Below are positions 14,360-27,694 of a DNA stretch of 64,000 nt, piece by piece (within the stretch, counting starts at the first letter, position 1; the number at the start of each line of letters is the position of its first letter). The position numbers and the translations under genes are program-made. The notes under the pieces were generated by a model that worked only from the letters and a program-made list of their open reading frames with translations, was not told the DNA's origin and searched no databases. This DNA comes from Eledone cirrhosa (Eukaryota): assembly GCA_964016885.1 (NCBI GenBank), contig OZ024748.1, forward strand, positions 60,326,001-60,390,000, in the 5' to 3' direction.

Positions 14360-14671
14360 TATATACCGGTATAGACCGATAGTTGGATAGTGCTTAGTAC
14401 TACCCTCCATATTTATAATTATATATAAACCATATATAAGTATAAATATTATTATTACTTTGCAGCACAGTTACGTCCCTTTACGGAGTGAGTTCAAATC
14501 CGGCCGAGATTAACTTTGCCTTTCATCCTTACGGGGTCGATTAAATAAAGTACCAGTAATACACTGGGTTAATTGCTGACCTTGTGCCAACAGTAGAAAC
14601 AATTATTACTTTATATATATATAGAGAGAGAGAGGGTGGGGAGATGAGAGAGATAGAAAGTGAGGACAGGA

Positions 14672-14729
<58 letters not shown>

Positions 14730-14841
14730 GGTGAACGGATCCATGTACAAGTGGCTGGTAATTTATCGACCTTTAAATGATGAAAGATAATGTTGTCCTC
14801 ACCAGAATTTGAACTCTCTTCACAGTGAAGCGGAAGAACCG

Positions 14842-14986
14842 GAAGTACTATGGTACTACGGTAAAACACTGTATCAGACGTTCTAACAACTCCGATGTCT
14901 TCATAGTCAATCAACTTGAAGTACTATGGTAAAACACTGTATCAGACGTTCTAACAACTCCGATTACTTCACAGTCAATCAACTTG
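14842..14986. repeat. About 70-bp tandem duplication
   Basis: gaagtactatggt...aacactgtatcagacgttctaacaactccg...gtcaatcaacttga occurs twice. Confidence 0.85.
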
Positions 14987-15298
14987 ACAACCTGAAACTA
15001 TTACTATTTATCAGAAACTGCTGATATAATTTTGAAAAATCGAACAACATTGATCAAATATGTCTGTTTTCTACAGGAAATAAAGAATTGCCTTTTGGCT
15101 AATTAATTTCAGGATGACCACAAATTATTGATATTTCCCAATAATATAGAATAATTGGAAAGACGGAGAGAAAGAGAAAAAGAGAGAGATAGAGAGAGCG
15201 AGAGAAGAGAGGTGAGAGAGAGGAGAATATATTGTTTTACGTCTGTCACAATTGATAATGGGAAACATGAGTTAGACTCCCTTTGGTTTTCTTTACTG

Positions 15299-15335
<37 letters not shown>

Positions 15336-15440
15336 GTGTGTGTCTGTGCATAAGTGTGTGTGAGTGCGTGTTACCGTTTACATTTTGCATATGTATAAAC
15401 ATATATATATATAGATGGATAGAGAGAGAGAGAGAGAGAG

Positions 15441-15504
<64 letters not shown>

Positions 15505-15559
15505 CAGCAGAAGAAGAAGAAGAAAAGAAGAAGAAAAGAAGAAGAAAAGAAGAAGAAAA

Positions 15560-15592
<33 letters not shown>

Positions 15593-16049
15593 GAAGAAGA
15601 ACAACAACAACAGCAAGAAGAAGAAGAAGAAGAAAAAGAAGAAAAAAGAAGAAAAAAGAAGAAAAAAGAAGAAAAGAAGAAGTAGAAGAAGAAGAAGAAG
15701 AAGAAGAAATCCACCACCACCAACAACAACAGCAGCGGCGATATAAAAGGAACAATTTTAATGGTGATTAAAAGAAGACGTAACCATTAATATAATGACA
15801 TTTGCTATTTTGGTGTCTTTAAAAGAGAAAATTACGTTGTGATTTTACTAAATATAGAATATCATTTATTATTGATAGATTAATATAGAATTTATTAAAT
15901 CTTATAAACATAAACATTTGACGAGACAGAAAAACTATAGGAAATTCTGCACTAAGCTGTTGAAGTTTACTATAAATTCTTATCTGTTTTCCATCTGTTT
16001 ATGGTGAAGCTGATAACATTTTTAGACCTCAATATGGTCTTGAAGAGAT

Positions 16050-16488
16050 GGTTTCAGCGAGATTATTCAGCGAGTGCTATAGTTGTATTAGGCGCTCACC
16101 GTGGTTTCAGCGAGATTAGGCAGTGAGCGCTATAGTTGTTGTATTAGGCGCTCACCGTGGTTTCAGCGAGATTAGGCAGTGAGTGCTATAGTTATTGCAG
16201 TAAGCGCTCATCGTGGTTTCAGCGAGATTAGGCAGTGAGCGCTATAGTGTTGTATTAGGCGCTCACCGTGGTTTCAGCGAGATTAGAGAGTGAGCGCTAT
16301 AGTTGTATTAGGCGCTCATCGTGGTTTCAGCGAGATTATTCAGCGAATGCTATAGTTGTTGTATTAGGCGCTCATCGTGGTTCCAGCGCCATTAGGCAGT
16401 GAGCGCTATAGTTGTTGTATTAGGCGCTCACCGTGGTTTCAGCGAGATTATTCAGCGAGTGCTATAATTGTTGTAGTAGGCGCTCATG
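16050..16488. repeat. Minisatellite, 8 units of 53-56 bp
   Basis: Units start ggtttcagcg at 16050, 16103, 16159, 16215, 16270, 16323, 16379 and 16435. Confidence 0.95.
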
Positions 16489-17205
16489 GTATAAGGTTCC
16501 CCCGAAGATTGTGCTCAAGCTACATTGATATTTGTGTATAAATAGTGGAGGATTTAACTGGACTTGAGAGAAATGCTTATGTAAACACACACACACCTAA
16601 TATGTAATTAGAACTTTCTAGTATCGATCCTCCATGGATGAAAGGCAAAGCTGGCCTCGGCTTTATTTTAACGTAGAAAGTCGTAACTAAATACCACGAA
16701 GAATTTACTCCGACGCTCTAACGATTCTGCAAATCCTCCACAAATAAAAATATTTGTTTCTACTTTTGGCACAAGGTCAGCAATTTTCCCAGTGTATTAT
16801 TGGTTCTTTATTTTATCGACTCTGCAAGTTAACTGCAGCGGATAGTTTTTCATTTAGGCACAAGGCCAACAATTTGATGCGGAGGGGAAAGTCGATAAAA
16901 TTGACCCCATTGCATTACTGGTGCTTTATTTTATCGACACCGTAAAGATGAAAAGCAAAGCTAACCTGGGCGGGATGTGAACGCAGAACGCAATGTGCCG
17001 TAACTCTATGTCACGAAACATGTCCTACGCTCTAACGATTCTGCCAATCCACCAGAATTAATAATAATAATAATTGTTTCTACTTTTGGCACAAGGCCAG
17101 CAATTACCCAATGCATTACTGGTACTTTATTCTATCGACCCCGGAAGGATGAAAGGCAAAGTTAACCTAGGCGGGATTTGAACTCAGAATAATAATAAAA
17201 ATAAT

Positions 17206-18803
17206 AATTGCAAGAGGAGACACATTGGTCTCGCCATGGGATGGATAGATTACAAAACGGAATTCGACATGGTACCTCATTCTTGGATAACCAAAAGCCT
17301 GGAGATCGTCAAGGTGGCAGATAACATCAGACAGTTGTTGGGCAAAAGTATGAAGTCCTGGCAAACAGAGTTAACATCGGGTGGAGAATCCTTGGGAGGC
17401 GTGAAGATCAAGAGAGGTATCTTCCAGGGAGATAGTTTGTCCCCTCTGTTGTTTGTCCTTGCCCTGATACCCCTGACCATTATACTGAGAAAAGTGAGCG
17501 CAGGATACAAGTTAGGAATAGGAGAGATTACCATCAATCACCTCCTCTTCATGGACGATCTTAAACTATTTGGGAAGAGTGAGAAGGAGTTGGATGTACT
17601 TGTTGACACTGTCCGTATATTCAGCAATGATATATGTACGCAATTTGGTATTAATCAGTGTGGAGTCCTAATGATGAAGAGGGGGTAAATTGAGCAGAAG
17701 CAACGGAATCCAGGTACCAACAGGTGAGATGATAAAGGAAATTGACACTGAAGAAGGATAGAAATATTCAGGTGTTCTGGAAGCAGATGACATCAAGAAC
17801 AAAAAATTGAAGAAATTGATAAGATCTACAACATGTTCCACAAGAGGAGTGATGTCGATAGACTCTACTTAAAGAGATATGAAGGTGGAAGAGGTCTTAT
17901 CAGCATAGAGGACTGTGTTCATATGGAGAAAAACAACCTGTACAAATACGTGACTGACAGTAGGGAGCCAATGCCCAGAATTGTACTGAAGGAGAGGACA
18001 ATAGACCAGGGGATTAGAGATCCACTGACATGGAACTGGTTGAAAAGAGGAGACATTAAAAAGGCTACAGAAGGAATGTTAATGGCTGCGCAAAAGCAGG
18101 CCCTGAAAACAAAGTGGGTGAAACACCATATTTACAAGGAGGAGGCTAGCCCACTGTGTATAGATCTGTGGAGAGAGAGAGGAGACTGTGGCTCACATTG
18201 TATCCGAGTGTAAACACCTAGCCCAGACTCACTATAATGGCTGGAGACATGATGTGATGGGCAGGGTGATCCACTGGCACCTATGCAAAGTAAACAATTT
18301 ACCACATTCTGAGAAGTGGTATAAGCATAAGCCAGAGTCGGTGATAGAAAACGATCAGGTGAAGGTGCTGTGGGATTTTAGGATACAGACGGACAAGAAA
18401 CTGGAACACAATAGACCTGATCTGGTGGTTTTGGACAAGGAAAAAAGATCGTGCCTGATTGTGGATGTAGCCTGCCCATTCGACACGAGAGTGCAAGAGA
18501 AGGAGAGTGAGACAATTAAGCGATACCAGGACTTAAAGTGAGAGGTAAAAAGGATTTGGAACTGCCATGAAGTCAAAGTGGTCCCGATTGTCATAGGCGC
18601 ACTAGATACTATCTCAAACAGTTTCCAAAGATGGTTAAAGAAAATTAGTCCCGCCCCGCTTTTTGGAACACTTCAAAAGGCATGCTTGCTGGGAACATCA
18701 AGAACCCTCCGATACGTCCTGAATATCTGAGGCTGCAAGTAGTGTCTTGATATTCATTTCAACAAACTTTCCAGTTAACTAACATCAATGACTGAGACTC
18801 AAA

Positions 18804-18804
<1 letters not shown>
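17206..18804 (+). mobile_element. R4/Dong-type RLE LINE family A, copy 1 (5'-truncated, with deletions); (AAT)n tail to 18863
   Basis: RT motifs GIFQGDSLS and LLFMDDLK; RHD; RLE motif RPDLVVLD...IVDVACP. Stops and frameshifts present. Confidence 0.9.
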
Positions 18805-18863
<59 letters not shown>

Positions 18864-18866
<3 letters not shown>

Positions 18867-21344
18867 GAAACAGCTCACCTTGAAGAACAAACATGGGAAA
18901 ATATAACAGTTGAACAGCTGCGCTTGGCTCTAAGAAAAACCAGCAAATGGAAATCCCCAGGAAAAGACAAAATACAAAACTTTTGGATAAATGCCTTCAC
19001 AGAGTCTCATGAGCTGTTAGCCCAACTTTACAATGAAATAGTTAAGGAGCCAGAAAAGATACCATCATGGCTAGTTAACGGCATTACATTCCTGCTACCG
19101 AAGAATGATGAGACAAACAATCCCAAAAATTACAGACCGATAACCTGCTTGACCACAATGTACAAAAATTTTAACATCAGTCCTAACTGAATACACATAT
19201 GACCACCTGATAACAAATGACCTATTTCCCATTGAGCAGAAAGGGTGTAAACGAGGCTCATATGGCTGTAAGGATCAGCTTCTGGTTAACAAAATGATAC
19301 TGGAAGATTGTCATAATAGACACAAAAATCTATCGATTGCTTGGATAGATTATAAAAAAGCATTTGATAGTTTGCCACACAGTTGGATTGAAAAATGTTT
19401 AGAGATTTTCAAAATATCCCCCGCTGTCAGGAGGTTTTTGTCATTCAGTATGAGGACATGGAGAACGACACTCCTTTTGAATAGTGAAACAAAATCACTG
19501 GAAGCTGGAGAAGTTAACATTAATTGTGGAATTTTTCAGGGTGACTCTTTATCACCGCTTTTATTCTGCATCGCACTTATACCATTAAGTAAAATGCTCA
19601 ATGAAACAAAACATGGATATAGAGTCTATGACAAAACCATTAATCACCTGTTCTACATGGATGACCTGAAACTATTCGCAAAAAATGATGAACAATTGCA
19701 AGGGCTATTATCCACTGTGAAGCAGTTCAGTGATGACATTAAAATGGAGTTTGGACTGGATAAATGCGCCAAAGCAACGTTCACCAGAGGAAAGCTGCTG
19801 AAGAGTTCAGACATTAATCTTGATCGGGGGAACGTGATAAGAGAGCTTGATCAAGAACAAACTTACAAATATCTAGGTGTTTGTGAAGGAGACGGAATCA
19901 AGCACTCGACAATGAGGGAAAGGATAAGGAAGGAATGTTACCGCAGAGTCAGAGCAATCTTAAGAACGGAATTGAATGCAAGGAATAGGATCGATGCCAT
20001 AAACACGCTTGCCATACCAGTAGTAACCTACAGTTACAATGTCATCAACTGGTCAAGCACAGAGATCCGTAGGCTCGATACAAAAATCCGAAAATTCTTA
20101 ACCATGCACAGAATGCATCACCCTAAGGCAGACATAGATAGAATATATCTCCCTAGGAAAGAAGGAGGACGTGGGTTAATCCAGTTAGACATTGCGTTGA
20201 AAACTGCAACAATTGGATTATCCACATATCTAAGGGAATCACATGATTGGATGATCAAACTCGTTTTGAAACACGAAAGCACCAAAAGATCATATTCCAT
20301 TACAAAAGATGCACAAAGATACAGTAATGGACTACAAATTTCAGAAGTCCCATTTACTGCTGAAATGGAAAACACAGAAAAAGCAAAGCAGGTAAAAGTA
20401 ACTGCAAAGAAAGAACTGCTACAGAAACTGGCTAAGAAATGGCAAGAAAAGCCTCTGTATGGAAAATACCCAGAGCGAGCTAACAATCCTGATGTTGACA
20501 AAACTTTAACCCATCAGTGGTTGGCATCCTCTGGACTGAAATCGGAGACTGAAGGACTGATTATATCCGCACAAGATCAGTGTCTGCCAACAAAAAATTA
20601 CCAAGCCAACATAATAAAAAATGGGTGCAGCCCATTATGCCGTGTATGCAAAAAACAACCAGAGACCATTGACCATATAATTTCAATGTGCAGTCCTATA
20701 GCTCCAACCGAATACCTAAACAGGCATGACAGAGCTGCACAATACATACATTGGATAATGTGTAAGCATTTTGACCTGCCCCATCAAAAGAATTGGTGGG
20801 AGCATCAACCACCTCCCATACTTGAAAAAGATCACATCTCAATCTTGTGGAACTTTAGCATCCAAACAGACCGAAAAATAGATGCAAATAGACCTGATAT
20901 AATATTGAAGGACTTTCAAAGGAGGGTATGCCTGCTAATTGATATGTCTGTTCCAATAGACAAGAATGTATCTATAAAAACATTTGAAAAATTGAGCAAG
21001 TATAAGGACCTGGAGATAGAAATTGGAAAAATGTGGAAATTGAGAACTAAAACAATACCACTGGTTGTAGGCGCTCTGGGAATGATACCTAAGGGGTCTA
21101 ACGACTACTTATCGCAAATCCCAGGAAACCCGCGTATAGGAGAAATACAAAAGATAGTACTAATGGGAACTGCCCATATACTAAGGAAGATCCTGTCAAT
21201 ATAAGTACATCACAAGTCTAAACACTAAGGATGCATGTGTGAATATGTGTGTTCTTTCTTGAACATGGCGGACCTTGTTGTCTCTTGAGGTCACTGGTTG
21301 TGACTTGGTGATAACTCGTATAAACATAAAGCAAGATAAATGCA
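18864..21344 (+). mobile_element. R4/Dong-type RLE LINE family B, copy 1 (5'-truncated); (AAT)n tail
   Basis: ORF 19294-21204 contains RT (FYMDD), a CCHC finger (CRVC..H..C), RHD, RPDIILKD...IDMSVP, KLSKY and VVGALG. One upstream frameshift near 19170. Confidence 0.93.
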
Positions 21345-21371
21345 AATAATAATAATAATAATAATAATAAT

Positions 21372-22164
21372 GATTTCTTTATTAACCACAAGGGTTTACA
21401 TAAAGTAGACATTAAGGACAGTGCAGGACAATGCTGGACGGTACAAATGGGCATTTCTGCGTGTAAAAAAACAAAAACAGAGGATGTAACAAAAATAACA
21501 ATGAAAATAACAATGAAAAATTCCCCAATAGGGGGGAGACTTCGGAGGGACATTTGTGGAGAAAGCCCAGTAAAAAGCCACAATGACCCTGACCACCAAG
21601 GCAAGTGCCCTCTCCCAGTTTTCCACCTTTAATTTACAGATATATACTCAGAGTAGGCCCATTCACTCGGGCCATTCTTGCTTCTCTCACCCATCTTTCA
21701 ACAAAATGCTGGGAAGAGAGCACTTCCCTCTCTACTCTGATTTTCCTTTTCAAATGAAATTTGAAAAAGTCAATCAGAGCATCACCGAAGAGGTAAGTGC
21801 TCGTCTTCAGCCCTTTCAAACGTGTCCACCATACTATCTCTTTCGCCATGGCCACCAGACAGATAAAAACTGCCTGCCCTTCCCGGCTAAAGGAGGAGGG
21901 CGGGGCAATCCTCACGATGGACTCAGATGATAGCCGGATCCGTCCTAAACGCGACAGCAGGTGTTCGACATAAACCCACAAGTCAGCAATTTTCGGACAC
22001 TGGACGAGTGCGTGCAGGACGGTTTCGTCGCCCTGCGCGCATCCCGGACATGCCCGGCTGACGGCACCTCCATGCCTGTAGAGTTTATCCCGAACTGGCA
22101 AGGCTCCTCGGTAGCACTGCCAGGCCAGAGATTTCTGGAAGTTGTCCATAGGCCCCGGCCCGAA
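21372..22164 (-). mobile_element. Tx1-clade 3' fragment
   Basis: Near-identical to 51175-51954. (AAT)n on both sides. Confidence 0.92.
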
Positions 22165-22173
22165 TAATAATAA

Positions 22174-24236
22174 GGTTAACAAAATGATACTGGAAGATTG
22201 TCATAATAGACACAAAAATCTATCGATTGCTTGGATAGATTATAAAAAAGCATTCGATAGTTTGCCACACAGTTGGATTGAAAAATGTTTAGAGATTTTC
22301 AAAATATCCCCCGTTGTCGGGAGGTTTTTGTTATTCAGTATGAAGACATGGAAAACGACACTCCTTTTGAATAGTGAAACAAAATCACTGGAAGCTGGAG
22401 AAGTTAATATTAATTGTGGAATTTTTCAGGGTGACTCTTTATCACCCCTTTTATTCTGCATCGCACTTATACCATTAAGTAAAATGCTCAATGAAACACA
22501 ACATGGATATAAAGTCTATGACAAAACCATTAATCACCTGTTCTACATGGATGACCTGAAACTATTTGCAAAAAATGATGAACAATTGCAAGGGCTATTA
22601 TCCACTGTGAAGCAGTTCAGTGATGACATTAAAATGGAGTTTGGACTAGATAAATGCGCCAAAGCAACGTTCACCAGAGGAAAGCTGCTGAAGAGTTCAG
22701 ACATTAATCTTGATCGGGGGAACGTGATAAGAGAACTTGATCAAGAAAAAACTTACAAATATCTAGGGGTTTGTGAAGGAGACGGAATCAAGCACTCGAC
22801 AATGAGGGAAAGGGTAAGGAAGGAATGTTACCGCAGAGTAAGAGCAATCTTAAGAACGGAATTGAATGCAAGGAATAGGATCGATGCCATAAACACGCTT
22901 GCCATACCAGTAGTAGCCTACAGTTACAATGTCATCAACTGGTCAAGCACAGAGATCCGTAGGCTCGATACAAAAATTCGAAAATTCTTAACCATGCACA
23001 GAATGCATCACCCTAAGGCAGATATAGATAGAATATATCTCCCTAGGAAAGAAGGAGGACGTGGGTTAGTCCAGTTAGACATTGCGTTGAAAACTGCAAC
23101 AATTGGATTATCTACATATCTAAGGGAATCACATGATTGGATGATCAAACTCGTTTTGAAACACGAAAGCATCAAAAGATCATATTCCATTACAAAAGAT
23201 GCACAAAGATACAGTAATGGACTATAAATTTCAGAAGTCCCATTTACTGCTGAAATGGAAAACACAGAAAAAGCAAAGCAAGTAAAAGTAACTGCAAAGA
23301 AAGAACTGCTACAGAAACTGGCTAAGAAATGGCAAGAAAAGCCTCTGTATGGAAAATACCCAGAGCGAGCTAACAATCCTGATGTTGACAAAACTTTAAC
23401 CCATCAGTGGTTGGCATCCTCTGGACTGAAATCGGAGACTGAAGGACTGATTATATCAGCACAAGATCAGTGTCTGCCAACAAAAAATTACCAAGCCAAC
23501 ATAATAAAAAATGGATGGAGCCCATTATGCCGTGTGTGCAAAAAACAACCAGAGACCATTGACCATATAATTTCAATGTGCAGTCCTATAGCTCCAACCG
23601 AATACCTAAACAGGCATGACAGAGCTGCACAATACATACATTGGATAATGTGTAAGCATTTTGACCTGCCCCATCAAAAGAATTGGTGGGAGCATCAACC
23701 ACCTTCCATACTTGAAAAAGATCACATCTCAATCTTGTGGAACTTTAGCATCCAAACAGACCGAAAAATAGATGCAAATAGACCTGATATAATATTGAAG
23801 GACTTTAAGTAGAGGGTATGCCTGCTAATTGATATGTCTGTTCCAATAGACAAGAATGTATCTATAAAAACATTTGAAAAATTGAGCAAGTATAAGGACC
23901 TGGAGATAGAAATTGGAAAAATGTGGAAATTGAGAACTAAAACAATACCAGTGGTTGTAGGCGCTCTGGGAATAATACCTAAGGGGTCTAATGATTACTT
24001 ATCGCAGATCCCAGGAAACCCGCGTATAGGAGAAATACAAAAGATAGTACTATGGGAACTGCCCATATACTAAGGAAGATTCTGTCAATATAAGTACATC
24101 ACAAGTCTAAACACTAAAGATGCATGTGTGAGTATGTATGTTCTTTCTTGAACATGGCGGACCTTGTTGTCTCTTGAGGTCACTGGTTGTGACTTGGTGA
24201 TAACTCGTATGAACATAAAGCAAGATAAATGCAACT

Positions 24237-24237
<1 letters not shown>
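22174..24237 (+). mobile_element. R4/Dong family B, copy 2 (5'-truncated, with stops); (AAT)n tail
   Basis: Highly similar to 19284-21344, with in-frame stops. Confidence 0.92.
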
Positions 24238-24268
<31 letters not shown>

Positions 24269-24269
<1 letters not shown>

Positions 24270-24384
24270 TTTTCTTTATTAACCACAAGGGTTTACATAA
24301 AGTAGACATTAAGGACAGTACAGGACAATACAGGACGGTACAAATGGGCATTTCTGCGTGTAAAAAAAAAAACAGAGGATGTAA
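24269..24384 (-). mobile_element. Tx1 3'-UTR fragment (about 115 bp)
   Basis: Matches about 51838-51954. (AAT)n on both sides. Confidence 0.85.
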
Positions 24385-24407
24385 TAAAATAATAATAATA
24401 ATAATAA

Positions 24408-26630
24408 AACCAACCAACTGGAAATCACCAGGCCCAGATGGTGTGCAGGGGTATTGGATTAAAAATATAACATCCCTCCACCCGAAACTGACAACCAAGT
24501 TCAATGACTGCTTGATGTCAGGTGAGGTACCAGAGTGGTTGACAAAGGGTACCACAGTTCTGATAATGAAAGACCGAATCAAGGGTAATGATGTTACCAA
24601 CTATAGACCTATCACATGTCTGTCCGTAATGTGGAAACTGTTGGCAGGCATTATGTCTGAGGAAATCTACCATCACCTCCACACAAACAACTTGTTACCG
24701 GATGAACAGAAAGGATGCCGAAAGAAGTCACGTGGTACAAAGGACCAGTTACTTATTGATAAGATGGTAATGAGGAATTGCAAGAGGAGACACACTGGTC
24801 TTGCCATGGGATGGATAGACTACAAAAAGGCATTTGACATGGTGCCTCATTCTTGGATCACCAAAAGCCTGGAGATCGTCAAGGTGGCAGATAACATCAG
24901 ACAGTTGTTGGGCAAAAGTATGAAGTCCTGGCAAACAGAGTTAACATCAACTGGAGAATCCTTGGGAAGCGTGAAGATCAAGAGAGGTATCTTCCAGGGA
25001 GATAGTCTGTCCCCTCTGTTGTTTGTCCTTTCCCTGATGCCCCTGACCAGTGTACTGCGAAAAGTGAGAGCAGGATACAGGTTGGGAAAGGGAGGGCTTA
25101 CCATCAATCACCTCCTCTTCATGGACGATCTTAAGCTCTTCGGGAAGAGTGAGAAGGAGTTGGATGTGCTTGTTGACACTGTCCGTATATTCAGCAATGT
25201 TATATGTATGCAATTTGGTATTAGTAAGTGTGGAGTCATTGTGATGAAGAGGGGTAAATTCAGCAGAAGTACCGGAATCCAGGTACCAACAGGTGAGATG
25301 ATAAAGGAAATTGACTCTGAAGAAGGATACAAGTATTTGGGTGTTCTGGAGGCTGATGACATCAAGAACAAAAAAATGAAGGAATTGATAAGAACTGAAT
25401 ACATTCGGAGAGTAAGGAGCGTATTAAAGTCACATCTGAACAGTAGGAATGCCATAAGTGCAGTAAATTCCCGAGCTGTGTTTATTATTAGGTACAGTGC
25501 GGACATTCTGAGATGGAATGTTGCTGAACAAAAAGAAATGGATAGGAAGGCTAGGAAGCTATTGACTCTCTACAACATGTTCCACAAGAGGTGTGATGTT
25601 GATAGACTCTACTTAAGGAGATCTGAGGGTGGAAGAGGTCTTATTAGCATAGAGGATTGTGTTCAGATGGAGAAAAACAACCTACACAAATACGTGACTG
25701 ATAGTAAGGAGCCAATGCTCAGAACTGTACTGAAGGAGGGGATAATAGACCAGGGGATGTCCAAGGAGGAAATAACATAAAGGAGAAAGAGCAGCCTTCA
25801 GGAAAAATCCCTTCATAGTACATTCTTTGAGAAAACTGCATTTAGAGATCCACAGACATGGAACTGGTTGAAAAGAGGAGACCTTAAAAAGGCTACAGAA
25901 GGAATGTTAATGGCTGCGCAGGAGCAGGCCCTCAAAACGAGGTGGTTGAAACACCATATTTACAAGGAGGAGGCTAGCCTGCTGTGCAGGATCTGTGGAG
26001 AGAGAGAGGAGACTGTGGCTCACATTGTATCCGAGTGTAAACACCTAGCCCATACCCACTATAAGGGCTGGAGACATGATGTGATGGGCAGGGTGATCCA
26101 CTGGCACCTATGCAAAGTAAACAATTTACCACATTCTGAGAAGTGGTATGAGCATAAGCCAGAGTCGGTGATAGAAAACGATCAGGTGAAGGTGCTGTGG
26201 GATTTTAGGATACAGACGGACAAGAAACTGGAACACAATAGACCTGACCTGGTGGTTGTGGACAAAGAAAAAAGATCGTGCCTGATTGTGGATGTGGCCT
26301 GCCCATTCGACACGAGAGTGCAAGAGAAGGAGAGTGAGAAAATTAACCGATACCAGGACTTAAAGTGGGAGGTAAAAAGGATTTGGAACTGCCATGAAGT
26401 CAAAGTGATCCCGATTGTCATAGGCGCACTAGGGACTATCTCAAAAAGTTTCCAGGGATGGTTAAAGAAAATTGGCCCTTTCACGCTTTTTGGAACGCTT
26501 CAAAAGGCATGGTTGCTGGGAACAGCAAGAACCCTCCGATACGTCCTGAATATCTGAGGCTGCAGGTAGTGGCTTGATATTCATTTCAACAAACTTTCCA
26601 GTTAACTAACATCAATGACTGAGACTCAAA

Positions 26631-26631
<1 letters not shown>
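24408..26631 (+). mobile_element. R4/Dong family A, copy 2; (AAT)n tail to 26682
   Basis: RT from WKSPGPDG through FMDD. The CCHC finger, RHD and PD-D RLE lie in ORF 25868-26557. Confidence 0.93.
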
Positions 26632-26683
<52 letters not shown>

Positions 26684-27621
26684 TTCCCTGGCCATAATCA
26701 GTACTCGTATGGTCTCTTTTATCTTACACACACCTTCACTCCAATGCATTCTTTAAAGTTATAATGTTTAATAGAAATGTATAGAAACAGTTTTACATGT
26801 TTAAGGAAGGGAGTTTGTATAATTATTCTCCAGTAAATCATAAATGTTAGACATTTCTTTCGTTTCTATAAGTTTGTGCCTTCCAGGTGATGTTTTATTC
26901 TGATTTCTAAAGTTGATGGAATATTTTCCTCAAAGATAAATCAATTTAACTGAATATCGTGCTAAAGCATTTAGAAATCCAAGTACAAAACCCGAAAAAT
27001 TGAATCCCTTGAACCGATTCTCATCTAAACTATAATTACTCTAGAGAGAAAGAAGAGAAAGATCGAGAAGGAGAGAAAAGAGAGAAGGAGATGAAGAGGG
27101 AGAAGTAGAGGAAGAGGGAGATGGAGACAGAAAGAAACAAATTTAGCGTGATGCTGACTTTCAGATTAATTCATTCTATCTATAAAACAGGTACATTCAG
27201 CAGCGGGGAACAACCTGATCAAATTTCTGTTAATACGAATTAAAATGCTTGAACCAATGTTTGAAAGGCCAGCTGAGTTTAAACAAGTATACTCTCCCAG
27301 TAGAAACAGAAATGGTGCACAGCTGTGACATAATCCATAACAATTAATAATTTAAATGTTAAGCTTTTATCTCTCTCCCCAGCCACTCTGCCCCCTAGAT
27401 CAATCACATGACGTAGTTGATGTAATATATCATTAAAAGGCGTGTTGCATTTACAATCAATTCAGGTTTAAATTCCTGAAATAAGCCAAGATATTCATTC
27501 GTTATTAATCAAGGGAATATCCTATCAGAAATATGAGTTATCTACAGTAAGAGATCATAATGGCAAAGATATCTATATGTCTCTCTCGATTTATCTATCT
27601 ATCTATATGTGTGTATATCTA

Positions 27622-27690
<69 letters not shown>

Positions 27691-27694
<4 letters not shown>

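Noticed and set aside
12940-15130. Possible small host exons (splice-like AG/GT near 12975-12996 and 15076)
   Set aside because: No recognisable protein or consistent exon chain; RNA-seq would be needed.
16050-16488. CRISPR array or tandem ribozyme reading of the minisatellite
   Set aside because: There are no unique spacers and no cas genes in a eukaryotic context. GAAAC is present but has no CUGANGA partner or valid cut site.
20118-23391. Duplicated antisense ORFs (MSTSGLLARS...)
   Set aside because: They are shadows of the R4/Dong RT ORFs.
24164-24407. N-terminal extensions of ORF 24164-25780 (and of 22142-23227)
   Set aside because: These are chance read-through across 3' UTRs, (AAT)n and antisense Tx1, not real fusions.
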